A stretch of 64,000 nt of DNA, taken from positions 1 to 64,000 of IMG/VR virus record IMGVR_UViG_3300001269_000001. The stretch is one strand, 5' to 3'. Made by a program: the position numbers and the translations under genes. This document shows positions 7,723 through 15,296 of the stretch, piece by piece. The notes under the pieces are model-generated. The model ran no database searches. It saw only the letters and a list, made by a program, of their open reading frames with translations, and was not told where the DNA came from. How positions within the stretch are numbered: the first letter of the stretch is position 1; every line of letters begins with the position of its first letter. The DNA comes from a virus.

Positions 7723-8187
7723 TTAAGTTTTAATACCATAGATATCGTTAACATTAACTTTTTCATATATACCAATCATCTTTTCTGAAAAAGAGAATCT
7801 TGTCCCACTGTATTCAGAAAAGTACTCTTCACCATTTTTTAATAAAAAAACAACCCTTTTGATAAAGCCTTCTTTTGTATTATCAAAAGAAGCCCATCTT
7901 GAGGAAAAAAGGAAGGCCCATGCTAATGAATGCTTAGGTTTTCCTAAAAACTGCACTATATGATCATATCTACTCATAGAATTCAAACATGGCTTAAATA
8001 CATCCCTTAAAATTCCAAGTGGGCACTTTTTCAGAAAACCACCTATAAAAACCTCATAAGTATTCATGTCAAAACTTCCATCAGGTGTGTTTTCAAATAT
8101 GTACTTTGCTAATTTTACTAAATTTTCTTTATTTATCACTCTCTCTGATAGGTTAAAGTAAAAAAATATCTTCTTCAAAAACTTCAC
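7723..8187 (-). CDS. Divergent CGTxGC-family paralog lacking both the Cys motif and the canonical ATG
   Basis: INKENLVKLAKYIFENTPDGSFDM, WAFLFSSRWASFDNTKEGFIKRVVFLLKNG. The family ATG is ATA here. The possible starts are GTG 8187 or GTG 8139, and 8139 fits the family N-terminus better. Confidence 0.55.
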   Translation of the reverse strand: MKFLKKIFFYFNLSERVINKENLVKLAKYIFENTPDGSFDMNTYEVFIGGFLKKCPLGILRDVFKPCLNSMSRYDHIVQFLGKPKHSLAWAFLFSSRWASFDNTKEGFIKRVVFLLKNGEEYFSEYSGTRFSFSEKMIGIYEKVNVNDIYGIKT

Positions 8188-8620
8188 TGTTGTAAATTAC
8201 AAACAGCTCGTGTAAGTTGCCAATCTTATTAACCAACTCCTCACCAAAGGACAGGAGAAACAAAACCCTTTTCACAAAACCTTCTCTGGAATTGTCAATA
8301 AAAGACCACTCATCGCTAAACAAAAAGCTCCAAGTTGACTTGACTGACTTAAAATCAACTCCAAAAACTCTTTTTGAGTATTTAATAAATGATAGTGCCT
8401 TATATTCATCACCATCTTCTGGTAGGTTCTCTAAACCCGGTACAAAAGGAGCCCAACCTAAAGCACACCCTATGGTGCCACAATCTTTTTTTGAATAGAA
8501 TTCTACCTCAGAGCTATCATAGTTTGTTCTAAATGTCTCCATATCAAACTTCCCATCATCAACTTCTGACAAAATAAACTTTGCTAATTTTACTAAATTA
8601 CTCTTATTTTCTTCGTTCAT
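8153..8620 (-). CDS. CGTxGC-family paralog with a divergent C-terminus
   Basis: 155 aa with NLVKLAKFILSEV, DCGTIGCALGWAPFV and DNSREGFVKRVLFLL. The usual NIDPNKIYEY tail is replaced. Confidence 0.8.
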   Translation of the reverse strand: MNEENKSNLVKLAKFILSEVDDGKFDMETFRTNYDSSEVEFYSKKDCGTIGCALGWAPFVPGLENLPEDGDEYKALSFIKYSKRVFGVDFKSVKSTWSFLFSDEWSFIDNSREGFVKRVLFLLSFGEELVNKIGNLHELFVIYNSEVFEEDIFLL

Positions 8621-8672
8621 AATCTTTGTTTTTTTTTGATAGTGTAAAGGTAATGTTTATTTGACTGAAAAC
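8621..8672 (-). promoter_or_regulatory. Array spacer cassette (box TACCTTTA, 8645-8652)
   Basis: Minus strand reads ..CATTACCTTTACACTATCAAAAAAAAACAAAGATT-ATG. The spacer plus the adjacent 3' gene end resemble 1317-1400. Confidence 0.4.
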
Positions 8673-9080
8673 CTAGTAATCGTAGATTTTATTTTCATCA
8701 ATTTTTCTGTAAGGGTGTTGTTCAGTTATTTCAAAATCCTCACCACCCTCCAAAAAATAGATAACTCTGTTGTCAGTATTAGACCAATAACCTCCAAAAA
8801 GAAATTGCCAATTAGACACACGTTCAGTTCCAAAAACTCTTTTAGAGTATATTTCAAAATCTAATGCCCCGTTTTTATAAATATCTGAATCAACAACCTC
8901 CAACCCTTTCACAAAAGGAGCCCAACCTAATGCACACCCTACAGTACCGCAATCATTTGGTGAATAGAATTTCTTTAAAGAATCACCCTCATCAGATCTA
9001 AAATGCTTCATGTTAAACTGTTCGTCAGAAACCTCTGAAAGAATGTATTTTGCTAATTTTACTAAATTATCTTTGTTCAT
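8673..9080 (-). CDS. CGTxGC-family paralog with an in-frame loss of the TREGFVK block
   Basis: 135 aa with MNKDNLVKLAKYIL and DCGTVGCALGWAPFV. It reads ..SNTDN|RVIYFLEGG where the others have DNTREGFVKRV. Its ATG overlaps the end of the upstream unit. Confidence 0.75.
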   Translation of the reverse strand: MNKDNLVKLAKYILSEVSDEQFNMKHFRSDEGDSLKKFYSPNDCGTVGCALGWAPFVKGLEVVDSDIYKNGALDFEIYSKRVFGTERVSNWQFLFGGYWSNTDNRVIYFLEGGEDFEITEQHPYRKIDENKIYDY

Positions 9081-9528
9081 ATTCGTAAATTTTATTTGGA
9101 TTAATGTGCTTATAATTATTTGTTGTTAATTCAAAGTTCTTACCACCTTTCAAAAAGTATACAACCCTTTTTACAAACCCTTCTCTGGTGTTGTCAATTT
9201 CAGACCACCCGCACCCAAAAATAAAACCCCAAGAAATATTTATAAAATAAGAATTCCCAAAAACCCTTTCTTTATAATAATAAAAACTTAAACGTTTACT
9301 ATCATGGGTCTCACTTTCAATAAAATCACCCTCAACAGCCTCCAAACCTTTCACAAAAGGTGCCCAACCTAAAGCACAACCAACTGTACCACAATCGGTT
9401 ATTGATTTGAAGATTTTTTTTAAACCCTTGTCACCTCTGCAAAAACTCATATCAAATTGCTCATCAGAAACTTCTGACAAAACAAACTTCGCTAGTTTTA
9501 CTAAATTTTCCTTGTTTTCTTTTTTCAT
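9067..9528 (-). CDS. CGTxGC-family paralog (intact, 3' end fused to the next unit)
   Basis: 153 aa with ENLVKLAKFVLSEV, DCGTVGCALGWAPFV, DNTREGFVKRVVYFLKGG and INPNKIYEY. It then reads through EQR into the next unit's start. Confidence 0.85.
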   Translation of the reverse strand: MKKENKENLVKLAKFVLSEVSDEQFDMSFCRGDKGLKKIFKSITDCGTVGCALGWAPFVKGLEAVEGDFIESETHDSKRLSFYYYKERVFGNSYFINISWGFIFGCGWSEIDNTREGFVKRVVYFLKGGKNFELTTNNYKHINPNKIYEYEQR

Positions 9529-9537
9529 ATTTTTGTT

Positions 9538-9999
9538 TTAATTTACACAAAGTCTGTAGTCTATTTTAAAAGACATCACAAGAGACTCTGCATGTAGGTC
9601 AAATAAGCAACAGTTTTTTGGAACCATTTTTATATAATAGCTACCATCTTCATCATTGACACCATAATCAATTGAAAAGTCTCTAAATAAAACCTTAAAT
9701 CTTGAAGATATTTCAATATCACTTACAGTTTTTTGTTCCAAGTAGCTTTTCTTTAGAACAAAAGAGAGGAAACCTTTTACAAACCTTGATATTAAAAGGT
9801 CACTATTTTTAGTGTCTAAAAGCTCAACAGCTTCGCTTTCATGAAAAACATTATCTATTATTAGTAAGATAAGTTCATCAGAAAACAAAGAGCCACTGCT
9901 TTTAACAAGATGCTTTCTAATATCACTTTCTGTGAAGAGGTTATAACCTAAGGGAACCTCCTCCACTTCTTCTAAAGAACTATAAACTATCATTTCCAT
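9538..9999 (-). CDS. Hypothetical protein
   Basis: 153-aa ORF with an ATG start, 9 nt upstream of the first array unit. Confidence 0.65.
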   Translation of the reverse strand: MEMIVYSSLEEVEEVPLGYNLFTESDIRKHLVKSSGSLFSDELILLIIDNVFHESEAVELLDTKNSDLLISRFVKGFLSFVLKKSYLEQKTVSDIEISSRFKVLFRDFSIDYGVNDEDGSYYIKMVPKNCCLFDLHAESLVMSFKIDYRLCVN

Positions 10000-10156
10000 T
10001 TTTTATATCTCTAAGTAATGGTTTGTACTCTGTCTCTGACCTCCACTCCCAACAACTTATCATAGCGGAAAACTCTTCAACACTATTCTTAAGCATATCG
10101 AGGCCTAGCCAGAACATTTCAGAATTGCTTTTAAATTTTTCTTCATTTTCGCTCAT
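9980..10156 (-). CDS. Small hypothetical protein (58 aa, below the ORF-track cutoff)
   Basis: Hand translation gives MSENEEKFKSNSEMFWLGLDMLKNSVEEFSAMISCWEWRSETEYKPLLRDIKNGNDSL. It follows a promoter-like box and overlaps the next gene by 20 nt. Confidence 0.35.
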   Translation of the reverse strand: MSENEEKFKSNSEMFWLGLDMLKNSVEEFSAMISCWEWRSETEYKPLLRDIKNGNDSL

Positions 10157-10190
10157 AAATATTTTGTTTTGTTTTAATTTTCTTGAAGTA

Positions 10191-10198
10191 CAAAGTTA
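10191..10198 (-). promoter_or_regulatory. -7-like box TAACTTTG
   Basis: Minus strand reads CTAACTTTGTACTTCAAG.., about 35 nt upstream of ATG 10156 and just downstream of a terminator. Confidence 0.4.
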
Positions 10199-10207
10199 GA
10201 AAAAATA

Positions 10208-10240
10208 AACAAAAAAAGCAACACATTTCTGCATTGCTTT
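10208..10240 (-). terminator. Intrinsic terminator after the beta-helix gene
   Basis: Minus strand reads AAAGCAATGCA-GAAA-TGTGTTGCTTT followed by TTTTGTTTATTTTT. That is an 11-bp stem (two G-U pairs), a GAAA loop and a T-run. Confidence 0.6.
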
Positions 10241-10260
10241 AAAAAAAAATAAACAACCTA

Positions 10261-11688
10261 CTACTTCAAATAATCTATTATTGACTTTAACTGAGATTTT
10301 CTAACCTTTATTGTAACTTCAACGTAATCCTCATCATCGTTTGGGCAGTCACAATCACCACCACCTTGTTTAGAAGCGTTGTATCCATATCCTAAGTTAC
10401 TCCAATACTCATCCCTGACACTTTCATGGGTTATTGATGGCTTAGGGTGTATTGAGGGTTTGGACGCTTCAACAGACGTTTCTGGCCTTCCAGAAAAGTT
10501 CCTGTTAGTATACTCAAAATACCTATTTTGATCGCTGTCTGTATGAACGTTTTTTGAAAGAATATCCACCTCAAGATCAGCACACTTAATAACAGGGTAG
10601 GTTGAAGTATCAACTCCATAAACGTGAAGACCATCTATTTCAATAGATCCTGTACCAAACCTGTTAACCATTTTTAACAGGTCTTGATAATGGGCTTCAC
10701 TTGGATCTGTTGAGTTTAAAATATTTTGCCTTATTTCCTCATACTTTTTGTGCCTTCCAATAAATATGGAACTTTCTTCTGGGTCTACCAGAACATTGTC
10801 CTTAATTTTTAAGTTACCAGTTTGAAGGTACATGTTAAACTGGCCAGCACCAACAACTATGTTTTTTTCAAAAACACCGGCTTTAGACTCTCCAATTTGA
10901 ACAGCGTTTTGTTGAACATGACCCTCTGTGTAGTCAATACCTGAGTTAATTATTGTATTGTTTCTGATAATACAGTTATTGGCATGTGCTATTTGTATTG
11001 CCTCAAGACCAGAGTTAACAAACATACAATTTTCAACGACAACCTCACCAGACTCGTGGCTAGGCTCTTTAGTTGATCCAAAATACAACTGCTCTTTTGA
11101 GCAACTACCCTCTTCTATTGTCTGGGTTTGTCCTGTCTTACCTGAAACAGTCCTTGGTGCCTTAGGCTTCCAAAACAAGCAGTCCTTTATGTAAATATCA
11201 CCATTAGACCTGTAAATAGGATGATGGTGGTGGCTTTCTGGGTAACGAACACCTTCAAGTCTGTATGGGTAGTCCATGTAAAACTCAAGAGCTGAATCAT
11301 TTGCAGGAGGGTTTGTTTTAGCACTAATTGTTGCAACCCTAAAATCTAGCAATGAAAACTCAACATTCTCAACAGTAAGGTGGGAGGAGAACAGCTCAAA
11401 TTCCAAATGTATTTGGAAATCAATGGACTTTTTACCGTCAGAGTTTGTCAGGCCTCTAAATACAATATTCTGGCAGTTAAAAACTTTAACAGTGTAGCTG
11501 TGGGCGCTTGTAAATGTAGCTACACCCTCATCAGGCCCTTCTATAACTAAAGGGTTCTCTTTAGTTGCTACTATATTCCTAAAGATCATCCCGCTATACT
11601 CACCAGCACCTAGCTTCAACAACCTTTCTTCACCTATATTTGTGGGGTCTAACCTCCTATAACTTGTACTTGGAAATAATGTTATCAT
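10261..11688 (-). CDS. Right-handed parallel beta-helix repeat protein (putative polysaccharide depolymerase/lyase)
   Basis: 475 aa with repeated beta-helix-like turns (NCQNIVFRGL, VENCMFVNSG, NNCIIRNNTIINSG, FEKNIVVGAG). Confidence 0.5.
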   Translation of the reverse strand: MITLFPSTSYRRLDPTNIGEERLLKLGAGEYSGMIFRNIVATKENPLVIEGPDEGVATFTSAHSYTVKVFNCQNIVFRGLTNSDGKKSIDFQIHLEFELFSSHLTVENVEFSLLDFRVATISAKTNPPANDSALEFYMDYPYRLEGVRYPESHHHHPIYRSNGDIYIKDCLFWKPKAPRTVSGKTGQTQTIEEGSCSKEQLYFGSTKEPSHESGEVVVENCMFVNSGLEAIQIAHANNCIIRNNTIINSGIDYTEGHVQQNAVQIGESKAGVFEKNIVVGAGQFNMYLQTGNLKIKDNVLVDPEESSIFIGRHKKYEEIRQNILNSTDPSEAHYQDLLKMVNRFGTGSIEIDGLHVYGVDTSTYPVIKCADLEVDILSKNVHTDSDQNRYFEYTNRNFSGRPETSVEASKPSIHPKPSITHESVRDEYWSNLGYGYNASKQGGGDCDCPNDDEDYVEVTIKVRKSQLKSIIDYLK

Positions 11689-11713
11689 ATATTTTATTTA
11701 ATTGTTTTTAAAA

Positions 11714-12118
11714 CTAAGAGATGCTGTCAATCCTTACAAAAGGAACATTACCTCTATCTATGTCACCCCTAAGTATTTTAGACAGGTTTACAGTTTTTGT
11801 GGATTTAATGAATACATACTCAACCTTTAAAATTCGACCCACTATATTTGGTAGCTTTAGCTTAATCCTATCCCAAATAGTCTTAGGCTCTTTTCTAATA
11901 AACTCAACATCAAAACTATAATTTGATGTGTATATATTGGACATAAACTCAGCACTAATCATCCCACCCAAACTATTTGCAACCTCATAAATGTTTAAGT
12001 CTATATCTTGGCTAATGTTATAAAGAGGTGTGTCTACTAAGCATCTTAAACACTCTCTTTTAAAGACCTCTGACTTAATTTTTAAGTTATCTGATACAGC
12101 TCTTCTGTGGCCTATCAT
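11714..12118 (-). CDS. Hypothetical protein
   Basis: The ORF-track start at 12238 is a TTG. The first ATG in frame is at 12118 (MIGHRRAV..). Confidence 0.55.
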   Translation of the reverse strand: MIGHRRAVSDNLKIKSEVFKRECLRCLVDTPLYNISQDIDLNIYEVANSLGGMISAEFMSNIYTSNYSFDVEFIRKEPKTIWDRIKLKLPNIVGRILKVEYVFIKSTKTVNLSKILRGDIDRGNVPFVRIDSIS

Positions 12119-12290
12119 TTTTTTAATATGTTTAAAATAAAAGAAAAAAACTTCATTAAAATGACTAGAAACGGGTACATTGGTATGTAAAAGGTTTTTG
12201 AGGCCAACCCTGACCTTACAAAACCTTCTGAAAACCAAAGAAATAAGCAGGAAAATATTTGAACGAGCAGTAACACTAAAAAAGTATTCA

Positions 12291-12683
12291 TTACTTTAAT
12301 TTCTTTTTAGTGTCGATGTGGCTTAAACTTTTCTCAAACCTTCTCTTATCACTGTCAGGAAGCTTTGGCATTATTTCCTTTTTAAAGTGAAGCTTTGACC
12401 TGTTACTTCTCTCCTTTTGCTTTTTCTTTAAAAGGTCTTTTTCACTAACAGTAGTACCTCCATCCATGTTTAACAGGTGAGGTGTTGTTGGAACTCTTTT
12501 CCAAGAAGTTCCAAGTGAAATTTTTTCAAGACATCCAGACCCTTCTAAAATACATGGGCAGGTAGACTCGTTGCAAGATGTTTTAATTTGAGTTTCTTCA
12601 CTCGGATTATCAACCTCACTCATTGAGTGGAATATGTCCTCCTGCTTCAAGCAAAGAGGACATTCATAAATGTATGTTGGCAT
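12291..12683 (-). CDS. FmdB-type zinc-ribbon protein (putative regulator)
   Basis: N-terminus MPTYIYECPLC..IFHS matches the FmdB-family opening MP.YEY.C..CG..FE. A second Cys cluster is CNESTCPC. The start lies 2 nt after the sigma-factor stop. Confidence 0.6.
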   Translation of the reverse strand: MPTYIYECPLCLKQEDIFHSMSEVDNPSEETQIKTSCNESTCPCILEGSGCLEKISLGTSWKRVPTTPHLLNMDGGTTVSEKDLLKKKQKERSNRSKLHFKKEIMPKLPDSDKRRFEKSLSHIDTKKKLK

Positions 12684-12684
12684 A

Positions 12685-13518
12685 TTAAGATAATTTTGTT
12701 TTTAATTTGTTCATGGCACTATTTAGCAAGTATAGGTATTCATTTCTTGAAATGCCTAATGATTGCTGTATAGACTTAACAGACCTAACTGTATGGTCTT
12801 GTAGGCCAAACTTTAAGGTTATGACATCTCTTTCTTTCTTATTTAAACTTGATATTGAATCAGATAGTCTTGATGATGACTCAGAGTTTATAACTTTGAA
12901 ATCTGTTTCCATACTGTCAGATGTTTCAACTCCTTCAAAATTACTTGAAATTGTATTGTCACCAACCATGTAGCTTTGGTAGTACTCTAAAGCCTCCCTT
13001 ATATCGCTGTATGAGAATTGAAGTCTAGAGTTAACCATAACCTCCTCTACAGTAGGGGTTCTGTTGTTTCCTTGCTCAAATGTATCTATAAAAGACATTA
13101 CTTTGGCTATTAAAGCAATTCTGTTTATTGGAATTCTGACAGTTCTAGAATTTTCGGAAATTGCTGAACGAACCTTAAGCCTAACCCACCAAATAGCGTA
13201 AGATATAAACCTAACCTCATTCTTAAGAGTATACCTTTTAGCAGCTTCAATAAGCCCCAAATTACCCTCATTAATTAAATCCTCAACTGGAACCCCCATT
13301 GAACTATACTGCTTGGCAACACTAACAACAAACCTGAGGTTAGACTCTATTATTTTGTTAAATAATAGTCTGTACTCATCAGAACTAGGGCTTAATGATT
13401 CCATAGCCTTAAAATAAAGCTTTTCCTCATCTATGGACATTAAACTTTTCGACCTTATATCAGTAAAGTAGCTAGACAAAACCCTACCTTTATCTACTAT
13501 ATTGTTTTTTAACACCAT
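12685..13518 (-). CDS. Sigma-70-family RNA polymerase sigma factor with regions 1.2, 2, 3 and 4
   Basis: NLRFVVSVAKQY..DLINEGNLGLIEAAKRY..RFISYAIWWVRLKVRSAI..RTVRIPIN covers regions 2.1-2.4. ERDVITLKFGL..IQQSLGISRNEYLYLLNSAMNKLK covers region 4.2. Confidence 0.9.
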   Translation of the reverse strand: MVLKNNIVDKGRVLSSYFTDIRSKSLMSIDEEKLYFKAMESLSPSSDEYRLLFNKIIESNLRFVVSVAKQYSSMGVPVEDLINEGNLGLIEAAKRYTLKNEVRFISYAIWWVRLKVRSAISENSRTVRIPINRIALIAKVMSFIDTFEQGNNRTPTVEEVMVNSRLQFSYSDIREALEYYQSYMVGDNTISSNFEGVETSDSMETDFKVINSESSSRLSDSISSLNKKERDVITLKFGLQDHTVRSVKSIQQSLGISRNEYLYLLNSAMNKLKTKLS

Positions 13519-13519
13519 A

Positions 13520-14008
13520 CTATATTGTTTTTGTATATTTGTAGTGAGCTATAAGAGTTGCATCAACAATCCCGTCATGAGGAACTGTTGACCTTTTAGT
13601 TGCTAAAAAATCGTAACTTGGATATAGCCTTCTAGCAGAATTTAGAGAGGTTTTTTTAGTATCTCTGGGAACTTTATCGCTATTAATCCATACATTTTTT
13701 TGCCATTCTTTTGGGGGAACCATTTCAAATGGAATCTTTGATTGTCTAACAACAAGTTCTGTTATGCCTACAGACTTACCAAACCCAAAGTTTGATTTTG
13801 CAGAAGCCCCCGGTATACTATGAACGTCCTCCAAAACTATAGTGGAACCTCCACTAATATGGTTTAGGTAGTTCAAAATTCCTAAAAACTCACTACCATC
13901 TATTAGATTTACTTTTTTAAAGAGTGGAACTCTGAAATAAGTCAGAGCTCCACTTTTACTTATCATAGATATTCCACCCTTGTTACCCGGGTCAATTCCA
14001 ATTACCAT
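13520..14008 (-). CDS. RuvC-like Holliday junction resolvase
   Basis: MVIGIDPGNKGG, VLEDVHS and HDGIVDATLIAHY show the RuvC-fold acidic-residue pattern at the expected spacing. Confidence 0.7.
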   Translation of the reverse strand: MVIGIDPGNKGGISMISKSGALTYFRVPLFKKVNLIDGSEFLGILNYLNHISGGSTIVLEDVHSIPGASAKSNFGFGKSVGITELVVRQSKIPFEMVPPKEWQKNVWINSDKVPRDTKKTSLNSARRLYPSYDFLATKRSTVPHDGIVDATLIAHYKYTKTI

Positions 14009-14075
14009 TAATCATTTTTCTTTATTGAAATACAAAGTAAAGAAAAAAAAACAACAAAGTCAAGTGGCTATCTAA

Positions 14076-14888
14076 CTATTTTAAAATATATTTTACTTCA
14101 TTGACAATTAACTCACTAATAGTCCTTGGGTCAACCGTTCTAAACCTTGTTGAACCCATTGGTGCCTCAAGATCTGTAAAGTATATTCGACCACTGTTGT
14201 CGTAAACCCCTTTAGTATAACCCTTCAAAACCCTAACCTCACCTGAATTTTCAAGCTCTTTCTTAATTATCTTCTTAATATCAGACTCAGTGGGGTCTTT
14301 TGATCCAAAACCACTGTCTCTAAAAATAAAACCCATTTTTACATTTTTGAAGATTCTGTTAACGACCTCATCGACATCAGTTTTCTTTAAGAACTTAACA
14401 GACATTGCAGTTAAAGGGTTTTCTTTGATCTTATCAATCATGGAAGATCTAGAAACCTTTTCTACAGTTTTAAACTGGTTTGCAGAGCTTAAGTACTTAT
14501 CAAGATAGGTGGTACTAACACTGATAGTTTCATCGGTCTCCAAGTTTCTTAGTGAAGAGTACCCAGACCTTCCAAACCTAGAAGAAGGTTCTTCTAGAGT
14601 GTAAAACTGTGTTTCAGAAAAAACCTCACCAACAACTGGTTCAGTAACACTTTCTATAACTTCCTCTTTAGGTTTCTTCAAAGATGGCTTAACCTTAACG
14701 TCTGGGGTGTCAACCCCAAAACCAACTCTAACAGTGTTAGAGTTAGCAATCTTATCCTCCAAATACTTAACACACTCTTTGTACATTTCATCAACAGACC
14801 CTGAGAGTATGCCATGCCTTTTGCAAAGTTTTTTTCGATAGCTTTTATTTGCTTTCTTAAGTCGTTTTAATTCAAATAAATAGTCCAT
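14076..14888 (-). CDS. Hypothetical protein
   Basis: 270-aa ORF with an ATG start. No motif recognised. Confidence 0.65.
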   Translation of the reverse strand: MDYLFELKRLKKANKSYRKKLCKRHGILSGSVDEMYKECVKYLEDKIANSNTVRVGFGVDTPDVKVKPSLKKPKEEVIESVTEPVVGEVFSETQFYTLEEPSSRFGRSGYSSLRNLETDETISVSTTYLDKYLSSANQFKTVEKVSRSSMIDKIKENPLTAMSVKFLKKTDVDEVVNRIFKNVKMGFIFRDSGFGSKDPTESDIKKIIKKELENSGEVRVLKGYTKGVYDNSGRIYFTDLEAPMGSTRFRTVDPRTISELIVNEVKYILK

Positions 14889-14933
14889 ATTATTGTTTAC
14901 GTTTTATAATTATTATTTTAAAAAAGTTGTTTA

Positions 14934-15296
14934 CTAGATCATCTCATAGGTCACAGATGGAACCTGCTTAACTTTAACAAAGCTCAAAGATGCTGGTAGG
15001 GACTCGTAATAGTCTTCACAATTTACATCTACAATGCAGCAACAAGCATAATAGTTATCCTTAAACCCAAATACAAAAAGACCATGATTATACCATTTTG
15101 ACTCATCACAAACAATTTTAACAGTCCTTGTTTTTGAAAAACTATCAACGAATTTATTTGTTGATCTTTCAAAAGTCTCCCATTGATCCTTTGACAGGTC
15201 TTCTTCCCAGTCAACACTTCTTTGCACAATCTCTTGATCTTCAATTTGTTGAAGAAACTCCTCAAATTCCTTTACATTATCTATTTTCTTTGACAT
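14934..15296 (-). CDS. Hypothetical protein with an acidic N-terminal half
   Basis: 120-aa ORF abutting the ThyX-like stop. Confidence 0.6.
   Translation of the reverse strand: MSKKIDNVKEFEEFLQQIEDQEIVQRSVDWEEDLSKDQWETFERSTNKFVDSFSKTRTVKIVCDESKWYNHGLFVFGFKDNYYACCCIVDVNCEDYYESLPASLSFVKVKQVPSVTYEMI

Noticed and set aside
1-9528. The periodic repeats could be a CRISPR array or a non-coding satellite.
   Set aside because: The repeat unit is about 430-490 bp and is an open reading frame with protein-level conservation. No short direct repeats with unique spacers are present.
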